A stretch of 64,000 nucleotides of DNA. Origin: the human T2T-CHM13v2.0 reference genome, Homo sapiens. The stretch is taken from NCBI RefSeq assembly GCF_009914755.1, contig NC_060946.1, one strand, 5' to 3'. The position numbers were made by a program, and so were the translations under genes. The notes beneath the pieces were generated by a model. It was not told the DNA's origin. It saw nothing but the letters and a program-made list of their open reading frames with translations, and did not search any database. Of the stretch, positions 48,728-61,465 are shown piece after piece (position 1 is the first letter of the stretch; every line of letters begins with the position of its first letter).

Positions 48728-49830
48728 AAACAGGCGCCGCTGGCTTGCGGGTTCTCCTGGGCTGGCGCGGGACGTCCCGGAATCACAGGCGCGCACTCCT
48801 TCCCGCCTGAGGGTCCGCCTGGCCGTGACTCCCGCCCCTCTCCTCCTCCGAAGAGAGATCGGGGCCGCCCCAGGGGCCGTCTGCAGCCACCGGGGATGGG
48901 GCTGAGGGTCGGTTCCTGCCCCGGTGCAGCCGCCCCTGGGCAGACCGCCTGGCTTGGTCGCAGCCATGGCGACATCTAGCTCCGGTTCTGCGAGGCTGGG
49001 CGCGCCAACCAGCTTGGGAGTCGCCCGGCGCCTGTAGCTGGGCTCCCAGGTGGTGAAGCATGCCCTGGGCGGCCTCTGGATCGCGGGTGCCCCTGGCCTG
49101 AGAGCCTGCCAGACCCTGCCCTGGCCCGGCTCCTCCTCTGTCAGAGCTCCAGATCTCTATCCAGGGGCCCTCTGCAGCCACCGGGGATGGGGCTGAGGGT
49201 CGGTTCCCGCCCCTGTGCAGCTGCTGCAGTACAGACCGCCTGGCTTGGCCACAGCCACAGGGACATTTGGCCCTGCTTCCAAGATGTGGGGAGTGTGGGC
49301 GGGCTCGGGAGTTGCCTGGAGGCTGCTGCCTGCATGCAGAAGGCGGCTGCAGCTCGGGTGCCCAGGCAGGCTGGAGGTGCATGGCCTGGTCGGCCTTGGG
49401 ATCGCCAGCGCGCCAAGCCTGAGGGCCCCCAGGCCATGCCTCCCGACCACTCCTCCACCTGAGGGAGATCGGAGCCGTTTATATGGGCACTCGGCAGTCA
49501 CCTCGTGTGGGGTTGAGCGGTGGGTTCTCAGTTCTCGCTCCTGTGCAGCTGCTGCCGCAGGGCAGAATGCCTGGCTTGGCTGCAGCCACTGGGACACGTG
49601 GCCCTGCTTCTGTGATGCTAGGAGCGCGAGCGGGCTCGGGGGTTGCCAGGCAGATGCTGCCTGCACACAGGGGGCGACGGCAGCTTGGGCGCCCAGATGG
49701 CAGAGCATGGTTTGGGTGGCCTCTGGAATGCGTGCGCGCCAGGCCTGAGGGTCACCCTGGTGGGGCCACATACCCCGGTCTTCCTCTGCTGGAGCCTGGA
49801 GCAGCTGGAATGGCCACTATTCCGTCACAG
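48728..49830. repeat. CpG-rich island made of about three degenerate 290-330-bp repeats
   Basis: Core ctgcagccaccggggatggggctgagggtcggttcc...cagaccgcctggcttgg.cgcagcca at about 48881 and 49172, and a diverged copy at about 49500; CpGs retained. Confidence 0.75.
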
Positions 49831-50074
49831 GGGATGGAGTTAAGTTTTCTTATCCCACCCATGCACCCAAAAGGTGACTATTCTGTGAGGTAATAAACGT
49901 GTTAATTGACTTCATTCATGCCACTCTGCATCCACAAGTAAGGCTTTCATAACAATGACACAGAAAATAAATGTTGCTAAGGAGGTGGAGAAGTTGGAGC
50001 CCTCATGATGTGGCTGCTAGGAATAGAAAATGATGCCCTTGCTGCGGAAAACAATTTGGTTGTTCCTCACAGAA

Positions 50075-52628
<2,554 letters not shown>

Positions 52629-52629
52629 A

Positions 52630-52942
52630 CCCCTGAACCTGACCCTGATCCCTAACCCCTGACCCTGATCCCTAACCCCTGACCCTGACCACTAACCCCT
52701 GACCCTAACCCTAACCCCTAACCCTAACCCTTAACCGTAACCCCTAAGCCTAACCCCTAACCACAACCCTCACCCTCACACTAATCCAACCCTAACCCCT
52801 TATCCCTAACCCCTAACCTCTCTTAACCTCTAACTCTAAACGTTGTCTCTTAACTCCTAACTCTGACCCCAACCCCTATCTCCAACCCCTAACCCTAAAC
52901 TTAACCCCTAACCCCTAACCCTAACACCAACCTTAACCCTAG
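52630..52942 (+). repeat. Interstitial degenerate telomeric repeat (CCCTAA/CCCTGA/CCCCTAA)n
   Basis: About 50 hexamer or heptamer variants, C-rich on the + strand. Confidence 0.96.
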
Positions 52943-53768
52943 GTTCTTTACTACGTTTGTACTATGTCAATGTTGATTATTATGATCTCTGTCTTAGGAC
53001 TGCATAGCAGCAAGGGGATTGCGGATCTTATATTAATATTTTTGTATTGAGGCAGTGCATTAGCATTACAGGTGCTTGTTACATGAGCAATGGGGGTGTC
53101 ATATTTTGGGTGTCATGTCTGCATTAGGAATGCTGCATTTGTCTTCCGAGGCTGCGGTGTGGATCTCGCACTGCGGCTGCCTTGGCTTGGCTGGGGAGAA
53201 CCTCGGTTGGCAGGATTCAGAGGGGCTTTTGGTTTCCCTTTTCCACACTGAGCCCTTCTAACTGGTCTCTGACCCTGATTATTCAGGGCTGCAAAAGGGA
53301 AGGATTTTATTCACCGTCTATGTGGTCCCGAGTTGTCCCAAAGCGAGGCAGTGCCCCAAAGGTCTGTGCTGAGGAGAACGCTGCTCTGCCTTAGCGGTGT
53401 CCCCCGGGTCTGTGCTGAGCAGAACGCAGCTCCGCCCTCGCGGTGCCCCCGGCCCGCCTGGGTCTGTGCTGAGGAGAACACTGCTCCGCCTTCGCTGTAT
53501 CTCTGAAGTCTGTGCAGAGGAGAACTCAGCTCCGCCCTGGCGATGCTCTCCTTGTATGTGCTGGGAAGAACGCAGCTCCGCCCTCGCAAAGGCGCACAGC
53601 GCCGGCGCAGGAGCAGAGAGGCCCACAGCGCTGGCGAAAGGCGCAGAGAGGCCCACAGCGCCGGGGCAGGCGCAGAGAGGCCCACAGCGCCGGCGCAGGC
53701 GCAGAGAGGCCCACAGCGCCGGCGCAGGCGCAGAGAGGCCCACAGCGCCGGCGCAGGCGCAGAGAGGC
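52943..53768. repeat. TAR1 telomere-associated repeat, with ~46-54-bp repeats (53355-53590) and about six 29-bp repeats (53595-53768)
   Basis: Directly follows (CCCTAA)n; units gtctgtgctgaggagaac...ctccgccctcgc and gcgccggcgcaggcgcagagaggcccaca. Confidence 0.9.
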
Positions 53769-55301
53769 AGAAGGCCCATGAGGGGAAGGTGAGACACCTG
53801 GGGCAAAGAAGAAAAAAAAATGCGCCGCGAAGCGGTGTCTGGGTCATCCGGGGACGAAAGTTTTTTCCCATCAGCCCTTGCGCTGGGCCCCAGGGACCCG
53901 GGCATCCCTGGTTCACGCCCAGGGTGTGCCTCAGGCGACTAGGGGTACCCCAACTTGGACAGAAGGCCCATGAGTGGAAGTTGAAGTTTGTGGGAGGAGA
54001 GGTGAGGCACCAGGGGCAGAAAAAAAAAAAAAAAAAAGAGGACCGCGTCTCAGAGAAGCGGGGCCTGGGTCCCCCACGGATGAAAGTGCCTTCCCATCAG
54101 GCCCTATGCTGGGCCTGGTGGACCCTGGCGACCCTGGTTCGAGCCCAGGGTGCGCCTCGGGACAGCTTGGGGTACCACAAAGCGAACAAAAGGTCCATGA
54201 GGGGAAGGTGAGGCACCTGAGGCAGAGAAAAAAAAACGCTCAGCCGAGAAGCAGTGCCTGCGTCCCCCACGGATGAAAGTGCCATCCCATCAGCCCCTTC
54301 GCTGGGCCCTGGGGACCCTGGCGTCCCTGGTTTGACCCTGGGGTACGCCTCGGGACAGTAGGGGTTCCCCAAGGTGGGCAGAAAGCCCCTAAGGGGAAGG
54401 TGAGGCACCTGGGGCAGAGAAAAAAAGAAAAACTTCGCCGCGGAGAAGCACGGCCTGGGTGCCCCACAGACGAAAGTGTCTTCCCATCAGTCCCTGCACT
54501 GGGACCCAGGGACCCTAGTGTCCCTCGTTCGAGCTCAGGGTGTGCCTCGGCCGCTAAGTGCACCCCAAGGGGGGCTTTGGGGACACAAAGCCCGTGAGGG
54601 GAAGGTGAGTTTTGAGGGAGGAGAGGTGAGGCACCTGTCACAGAAAAAGAAAAAAAAGAAACCCGCGCCGCGGAGAGGTGGGGCTTGGGTACCCCACGGA
54701 TGAAAGTGCCTTCCCATCAGCCCCTGCACTGGGCCCCGGGGAACCTAGAGTCCCTGGTTCGAGCTCAGGGAGAGCCTCGGGCCACTAGGGGTACCCCAAC
54801 GCGGTGGAAAGCCCATGAGAGGAAGGTGAGCTGTGAGGGAGGAGAGGTGAGACACTTGTGGCAGAAAAGAAAAAGAAACCGCGCCACAGAGAAGTGGGGC
54901 CTGGGTCTCCCATGGGAAAAAAGTGCCTTCCCATCAGTCCCTGAGCTGGGCCCCGTGGACCCAGGCGACCCTGGTTCTAGGCCTGGGTGCACCTTGGGCC
55001 CGCTAGGTGTACCCCAAAGCGGGCAGAAGGCCCATGAGGTAAAGGTGAGGTTTGAGGGAAGAGAGGTGAGGCACCTGCGGCAGAAAAAAAAAAAAACGTG
55101 CGGAAGAGAAGCGGGGCCTGGTTCTCCCACGGACGAAAGTGCCTTCTCATCAGCCCCTGCGCTGGCCCCCTGGACTCTGGCGACCCTAGTTCAAGGACCA
55201 GAAGAGACTCTGGCATGCTAGGGTACCCTAAGGAAGCCAGAAAGCCCACGAGGGGAAGGCGAGATTTAAGGGAGGAGAGGTGAGTCACCTGTGGCAGAAA
55301 A

Positions 55302-55372
<71 letters not shown>

Positions 55373-57118
55373 CATATATATATGTATATATATATATACA
55401 TATATATATATATGTATATATATATATATGTATATATCAGCACCTCGGAGAAGCCGGGCCTGGGTCCCCACTGATGAAAGTGCCTTCCCATCAGCCCCTG
55501 CGCTAGCCCCGAGAACCTGGCGACCCTGATTGGAGACCCGGCAGCGCCTCGGGCCTGCTCGTGGTACCCCAAAGCAGGCAGAAGGCCAATGAGGGGAAGG
55601 TGAGGCACCTGGGGCGGAGAAAAAAAACCGCAGCTTTGAGAAGCGGGGCCTGGGTACCCACGGATGAAGGTACCTTCCCATCAGCGCCTGCGCTAGGCCC
55701 CGGTGACCCTGGCATACATGGTTCGAGTCCAGGGAGCGCCTTGGGCCGCTAGGGGTACCCCAAGTCGAACAGAAAGCCCATGATGGGAAGTTGACGTTTG
55801 AGGGAGGAGAGGTGAGGAACCTGTGGCAGAAAAAAAAAAGAAAACAAGCCGCGCCTAGGAGAAGCTGGGCCTGGGTCCCCCAAGAGTGAAAATGCCTTCC
55901 CATCAGTCCCTGCGCTGGGCCCTGTGGACGCTGGAGACCCCGGTTCGAGCCCCGGGTGCGCCTCGGGCCTGCTAGGGGTAACACAAGGCGGGCAGAAATC
56001 CCAGGAGGGGCAGTTGAGGTTTGAGGAAGGAGAGGTGAGGCACCTGTGGCAGAAAAAAAAAACTGCACGACGAAGAAGCGGAGCCTGGGTCCCCAACGGA
56101 CGAAAGTGTCTTCCCATCAGCACTTGCGCTGGGCCCAAGGGACCCTGGCATTCCTGGTTCGAGACCAGGGTGTGCTTCAGGCCGCTAGGGGTACCCAAAA
56201 GCAAGCAGAAGGCCCATGAGGGGAAGGTGACGCACGTGGGGCAGAGAAAAAAACAACTGTGCCTCGGATAAGCGGGGCCTGGGTCCCCCACAGAAGAAAC
56301 TGTCTTCCCATCAGCGCTTGCACTGTGCCCCGGGGACCCTGGTATCCCTGGCTCGAGCCCAGCGTGCGCCTCGGCCTGCTAGGGGTACCCCAAGACAGAC
56401 AGAAGGCCCATGAGGGAAAGGTGAGACACCTGGGGCAGAGAATAAAATAAAAAACTGTGCCGCCCAGAAGTGGGGACTGGGTCCCACATGGACGAACGTC
56501 CCTACCCATAAGCCCTGCACTGGGCCCCGGAGACCCTAGCATCCCTGCCTCAAAACAACGGTGTGCCTCGGGTCGGCTAGGGGTACCTCAAGGCGGGCAG
56601 AAAGCCCATGACGGGAAAGTGAGGCAACTGGGGAAAAAAAAAAAAAAACGCCACAGAGAAGCAGAGCCTGGGTCCCCGAGGAAGAACGTGTCTTCCCATC
56701 AGCCACTGAGCTTGGCCCAGTGGAATCTGGCTTCCATGGTTCGAGACCAGGGTGTGCCCCGGGTCGCTAGGTGTACCCCAAAGCGTGCAGAAGGCACAAG
56801 AGGGGAAGGTGAGGCACATGGGGCAGAGAAAAAAAAAACCTGCCACGGAGAAGCGGGGACTGGGTCTTCCACACGGACGAAAGTGTCTTTCCATCAGGCC
56901 TTGCGCTGGGCCTCAGGGACACTGGAGTCCCTGGTTCGAGCCCACAGTGCACCTCGGACCGCTAGGTGTACCCCAAGGCAGACAGAAGACCCAAGAGGGG
57001 AAGGTGAGATTTGAGGAAGGAGAGGTGAGGGATCTATGGCAGGAAAAAAAAAAAACCGCGCCACGGAGAAGCAGGGCATGGGTCCCCCACAGACGAAAGT
57101 GCCTTCCCATCAGGCCCT
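53768..57118. repeat. Gamma-satellite (GSATII-like) array, about 16 GC-rich units of 190-225 bp
   Basis: Unit agaaggcccatgaggggaaggtgag(gtttgagggaggagaggtgag)gcacctg.ggcag(A)n...gaaagtgccttcccatcagcccctgcgctgggccc...ggggtacccc. The tandem structure is certain; the family name is from recall. Confidence 0.78.
55310..55437. repeat. (TA)n microsatellite with TG/CA interruptions inside a gamma-satellite unit
   Basis: About 64 dinucleotides directly following the unit's poly-A tract. Confidence 0.98.
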
Positions 57119-57494
57119 GATGGTTTGAGACAGAATGAGGAGTGACTAATGTCTACAGGGTTTTTCTCTGGTCGGGGGTGATAAGACGTTCTACAATGGA
57201 TTGCGAATTAAAATTGAATGTGCACAACCACAGGTATACTAAAAGCCACTCAATTCATGACTTTTAATGGGGAAATCTTATGTGGCGCACTCTAATGGAG
57301 ACCACGGCAGACATAGTGAGAGAGAAAAAGGTGAGTAAATATCTGAAACGGAGGCAGAAACAGAGAGAATGAAAAGCCCTGTGAATGGAAGGGAGAGCGA
57401 AAAGGGAAAATGGTCCTATTTACAAATGACAGATGTGAAACCGGGGTTCACATCAACAGTGTCACTGCCAGGAAGGAGGGTCATGCTAGCCATG

Positions 57495-60236
57495 TCACCG
57501 GTAGTGTGTCCCGCAGGGACGCCGACCTGCTGGAGCGTCGTGCCAGCATGGGCTCTGGCAGCCACGTGGGCCAGCAGGAGGGTCCTGCTGCACAGCTGTG
57601 GGGTGAGGATAGACTGGGTGGTGATATCGGCCATTACAGGGGCCTCTTCTGCTGGCAAGAGTGTGACAGTAGCAAGTAGATGGACAGGCCTGCGTGTGAG
57701 GACGGAATGCAGGAGGGGCTCTTGTGCGGCTGGTTGTGGGGCCCTCACCAGAAATGTGGAGAAATGGCCATGTAACTGCGTCATGTGGGCTAGTAGATTG
57801 GCCAGGGCTTCGAACTGAAGGACAATAACGGGGAGTAGCTGTCAGGCCCTGGGAGTGTCTGAGTGTAAGTGGAGATGGGTTTGGGGTCACTGAGGGATGC
57901 GTGGGAGCCATCCCTGTATAGGTACAGGTCATAGGGAGATAGTCTCGTGAGGCCTGTGAGTGTCTAGGGTTGTCCTGGGTGCCTGGGGCTGACTGTGGCA
58001 GAAATCCGGGGAAGGCTGGAGAGAAGCTGGGAGACCCAGGAGAGTCCCTGAAGGCAGGGGGTGAAGAGGTGAAAGAAATGGGGGAGGGTTGCAGTAAGGT
58101 CCGTGAGTTTGTAGGTGATTCCTGGGTGCGGGAAGCTGACTCCAGGTGAAATCTGGAGATGGTTGGAGAGTAGCTGAGAGAGACAGAAGAGTCCCTGAGG
58201 GCTGGGGGTGAGAACATGAGGGAGACTGGGGAGTAAGTCAGTGAAATTCGTGAGTTCGGTGGTGTATCGTGGGTGCCTGGAACTGACTCCAGCTGGAATC
58301 TAGAGAAGTTTTGACAGTAGCTGAAAGAGACACAAGAGTCCCTGTGGGCTGAGGGCAAAGACCTGAGAGAGACCAGGGAGGACCTCAGTGAAGTCTGTGA
58401 GTCTGTAGGTGATTCCGGAGTGTGGGAGGCTGACTCCCGCTGAAATCTGGGCGTGGTGGGAGAGGAGCTGGGACAGACAGGAGAGTCCCAGGGGGCTGGG
58501 GGTGAAGACATGAGAGAGACTGGGGAGTAACTCAGTGAAACTGCTGAGTTTGTAGGTGATACCTGGGTGCCTGGAACTGACTCCCGCTGAAATCTGGGCA
58601 TGGTAGGAGAGTAGCTGGGACACACAGGAGAGTCCCTGAGGGCTGGGGGTGAAGACATGAGAGAGACCGCGGAGTAACTCAGTGAAACTGGTGAGTTTGG
58701 TGGTGACTCCGGGGTGCCTGGAACTGACTGCAGCTGAAATGTGGGCGTGGTTGGAGAGTAGCTGGGACCCCCAGGAGAGTCCCTGAGGGCTGGTGAAGAC
58801 ATGAGAGAGACTGGAGAGTAATTGAGTGAAATTGGTGAGTTTGGTGGTGATTCCTGGGTGCCTGGAACGGACTCCCTCTGAAGTGTGGGCGTGGTTGGAG
58901 AGTAGCTGGGACACACAGGAGAGTCCCTGAGGGTTGGAGATAAAGACGTGCTAGAGACTGAGGAGTAACTGAGTGAAATTGGTGAGTTTGGTGGTGATTC
59001 CGGGGTGCCTGGAACTGACTCCAGCTGAAATGTGGGCGTGGTTGGAGAGTAGCTGGGACAGACGGGAGGGTCCCTGAGGGATGGTGAAGACATGAGAGAG
59101 ACTGGGGAGTAACGCAGTGAAATTGGTGAGTTTGGTGGTGATTTCTGGGTGCCTGCAACGGACTCCCGCTGAAGTGTGGGCGTGTTTGGAGAGTAGCTGG
59201 GACAGACAGGCGACTCCCTGAGGGTTGGAGATAAAGACGTGCTAGAGACTGGGGAGTAATTCAGTGAAAGTGGTGGGCTTGGTGGTGATCCCTGGGTTCC
59301 TGGAACTGACCCGCGCTGAAATGTGGGCGTGGTTGGAGAGTAGCTGGGACAGACTGGAGGGTCCGTAAGGGCTGGGGGTGAAGACATGAGAGAGACTGGC
59401 GAGGATCTCACTGAGGTCTGTGAGTTTGTAGGTGTTTCTGGGGTGTGGGGTAGAGACTCCTGCTGAAATCTGGGCGTAGTTGGAGAATAGCTGGGACAGA
59501 CAGGAGACTCATGGGTGGCTGGGGGTGAGCTGCTGGATGATGGCAGTAAGAACATATGGTATATTATTGATGAATGAGGTGACTGTGAAGAATCTCCAGA
59601 GGAGGACACGGGAGAACACAATGACATGAGTGACTGTCCTGCTTGGTTAGGAAAGGGAAACGTAAAGCTGTGGAATTCTGTTGATGATGGATGTGAGAGT
59701 GGTGAAGCCCTGCGGGGTGATGTAGAGTACTTCCACATCTCTGGTGAGGAGCTGCCCCTTGGGTCTGAGTTTCTGGGAGGGGAGAGGGAGAAGCTGGGTG
59801 AGGCAGGCATGAATCTTGAGGAGTCAGGGCTGGGGGACCGCTCATATTCTCCCGAGACCTGTGAGTCTCTGGGGGACTCCTGGGTGCATGGGACTGACTC
59901 CCGCAGGAACCTGGGGATGGCTGGAGAGTAACTGGGAGCCACAAGAGAGTCCCTGAGGCCTGGGGGTGAAGAGATGAAAGACACAGGGGTGGAGCACCGT
60001 GAGGCTCGTGAGTTTGTAAGTGATTCCTGGGTGTGGGGGACTGACTCCAGCTGAAATCTGGGGTTGTTTGGAGAGTAGCTGGGAGACACAGGAGACCCCC
60101 CGAGAGCTGGGGGTGAGCTGCTGGGTGATGGCAGTAAGAGCATGTGGTATATTATTGATGAACGTGGGGGATCTGAGGAATCCTCAGAGGAGGACACGGG
60201 AGAGCCCAATATCTTCATTGATTGCCCATCAATCAA
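57495..60236 (-). CDS. Putative 913-codon Ser/Pro/Thr-rich ORF spanning the ACRO1 array, with Pol II CTD-like YSPTTP motifs; 5'-truncated (track start is TTG, first ATG at 60218)
   Basis: Stop-free for 2.7 kb; 48-49-aa repeat PALRDSPVCPSYSPTTPTFQLESVPGTQESPPNSPISLSYSPVSLMSS; the upstream part of the same frame exists at 62389-62634 on +. Translation is unproven. Confidence 0.4.
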   Translation of the reverse strand: MIDGQSMKILGSPVSSSEDSSDPPRSSIIYHMLLLPSPSSSPPALGGSPVSPSYSPNNPRFQLESVPHTQESLTNSRASRCSTPVSFISSPPGLRDSLVAPSYSPAIPRFLRESVPCTQESPRDSQVSGEYERSPSPDSSRFMPASPSFSLSPPRNSDPRGSSSPEMWKYSTSPRRASPLSHPSSTEFHSFTFPFPNQAGQSLMSLCSPVSSSGDSSQSPHSSIIYHMFLLPSSSSSPPATHESPVCPSYSPTTPRFQQESLPHTPETPTNSQTSVRSSPVSLMSSPPALTDPPVCPSYSPTTPTFQRGSVPGTQGSPPSPPLSLNYSPVSSTSLSPTLRESPVCPSYSPNTPTLQRESVAGTQKSPPNSPISLRYSPVSLMSSPSLRDPPVCPSYSPTTPTFQLESVPGTPESPPNSPISLSYSSVSSTSLSPTLRDSPVCPSYSPTTPTLQRESVPGTQESPPNSPISLNYSPVSLMSSPALRDSPGGPSYSPTTPTFQLQSVPGTPESPPNSPVSLSYSAVSLMSSPPALRDSPVCPSYSPTMPRFQRESVPGTQVSPTNSAVSLSYSPVSLMSSPPAPWDSPVCPSSSPTTPRFQRESASHTPESPTDSQTSLRSSLVSLRSLPSAHRDSCVSFSYCQNFSRFQLESVPGTHDTPPNSRISLTYSPVSLMFSPPALRDSSVSLSYSPTISRFHLESASRTQESPTNSRTLLQPSPISFTSSPPAFRDSPGSPSFSPAFPGFLPQSAPGTQDNPRHSQASRDYLPMTCTYTGMAPTHPSVTPNPSPLTLRHSQGLTATPRYCPSVRSPGQSTSPHDAVTWPFLHISGEGPTTSRTRAPPAFRPHTQACPSTCYCHTLASRRGPCNGRYHHPVYPHPTAVQQDPPAGPRGCQSPCWHDAPAGRRPCGTHYR
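57930..60231 (-). repeat. ACRO1-type 147-bp satellite array (about 15-16 monomers)
   Basis: gagagtagctgggac recurs at 144/147-bp spacing (about 58607, 58754, 58898, 59045, 59189, 59336); the neighbouring L1 and MER21 pieces fit the ACRO composite unit as I recall it. Confidence 0.82.
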
Positions 60237-60504
60237 TACTTCTTTAACCTGACGGAAGAACTGATCTAAAGGCTTTAGTACAGTGCATGATTATGTGAGA
60301 TGTTTTGAGACAGAGTAGTACATTTGTGAATGAAATTTTATGGCTTATTTTCGCTTAGTAGGAACCATTGTGTGTGGAAAAGTGAGGAAATTGCTTTCTG
60401 CTGTAGAGTCTGGCATTCATTGTAGATTTAAGCTTATTTTCCTGTGAGCAAATCTTATTCAATAAAATACTACTCTTTATACTGAAAAACAAAAACACTG
60501 GTGA

Positions 60505-60830
60505 TGTGAGGTCATTATCCTCAGCAAACTAATCCAGGGAAAGAAAACCAAACACCACATTCTCACTTATAATGGGAGCTGAAAAATGAGATCACATGGA
60601 CACAGGAAGGGGAACAACACACACTGGGGCCTTTCGGGAGGCAGAGCGTTAAGAAAAACAGCTACTGCATGCTGGGCTTAATACCTAGGTGATGGGTTGA
60701 CAGGTGCAGCAAACCACCATGGCACACGTTTACCTTAGTAACAAATCTGCACATCCTGCACATATACCCCGAACTTAGAAACGAAACGAAACAAAAGAAA
60801 ACGAAAAAGCAGTAACAAAACGCTAAAGGC
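60505..60830 (+). mobile_element. L1PA 3'UTR fragment with (GAAAC)n tail
   Basis: cattatcctcagcaaactaa...gggcttaatacctaggtgatgggttgacaggtgcagcaaaccaccatggcacacg. Confidence 0.88.
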
Positions 60831-60974
60831 AAAATAAAGTTTCAAACTCAGAAAGTGACAGACCAATGTTTGGTTCAAATCATGGGTTCTCAACCCAGGT
60901 GCCATAAGGTCAGAATAAAAAATTTGATTATGTATTGTAAATAAGACATGCAGCAAATGACCAGAGAGATTATT

Positions 60975-61465
60975 CTCAACATATGTGTGTCTTCTAATTC
61001 AATGGTGACGCTATCTACCGGGACATAGCATTAGATTCCAAAGGGCCGAGTCCCACCAGACAGGCCTCCCACACTAATAACAATGGGAAGCCCCACGTTG
61101 TTTTACCTGTGCTTCTCAGCAACTGGCTATAAATCAGGTTGCCACCACTCCCAGATTTAGTTGCATTCATTTGCTGGAAGAGCTCACAGCACGCAGGTAA
61201 ACACTTACATTTGCCGTTGTATTTTAGCGGACATTGCAAAAAGTTCAGAAATAAATGTGGGGCCCGGCATGTGGGGAGGGGCGCACTACCTTCCAGGAAG
61301 TGTTATCCAGAAGCCCTCTGAACCCAGTCCTTTTGGGTTTTTATGGAGATCTCCTTCTATAGTCATGATGGGTTAAACCATAGGCTATTGGTGATCAGCT
61401 CCACCCGAGGCTCTCAACCCTCCCTGGAAATTGGGGTTGAGGCTTTGCCATTCTCAGTCTGACTC
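60975..61465 (-). mobile_element. MER21-like LTR
   Basis: ctaattcaatggtgacgctatctacc...tacctgtgcttctcagcaactggctataaatcagg...ccagtccttttgggtttttatggag. Confidence 0.68.

Noticed and set aside
48648-49893. ORFs of 85-204 aa in the CpG island
   Set aside because: They overlap on both strands, show no recognisable domain, and are explained by high GC content.
52630-52942. True telomere or head-to-head telomere fusion
   Set aside because: The repeats are short, degenerate, internal and in a single orientation, with no TTAGGG arm facing them.
53311-57120. ORFs of 100-363 aa in TAR1 and the gamma satellite, including IYIYIY runs
   Set aside because: They arise from GC-rich, stop-poor repeats and a (TA)n tract; poly-A length variation shifts the frame between units.
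57495-60236. A genuine POLR2A/RPB1 gene or retrocopy
   Set aside because: There are no polymerase domains, and the heptad-like motifs are spaced within a 48-49-aa unit rather than tandem. Only motif-level resemblance is supported.
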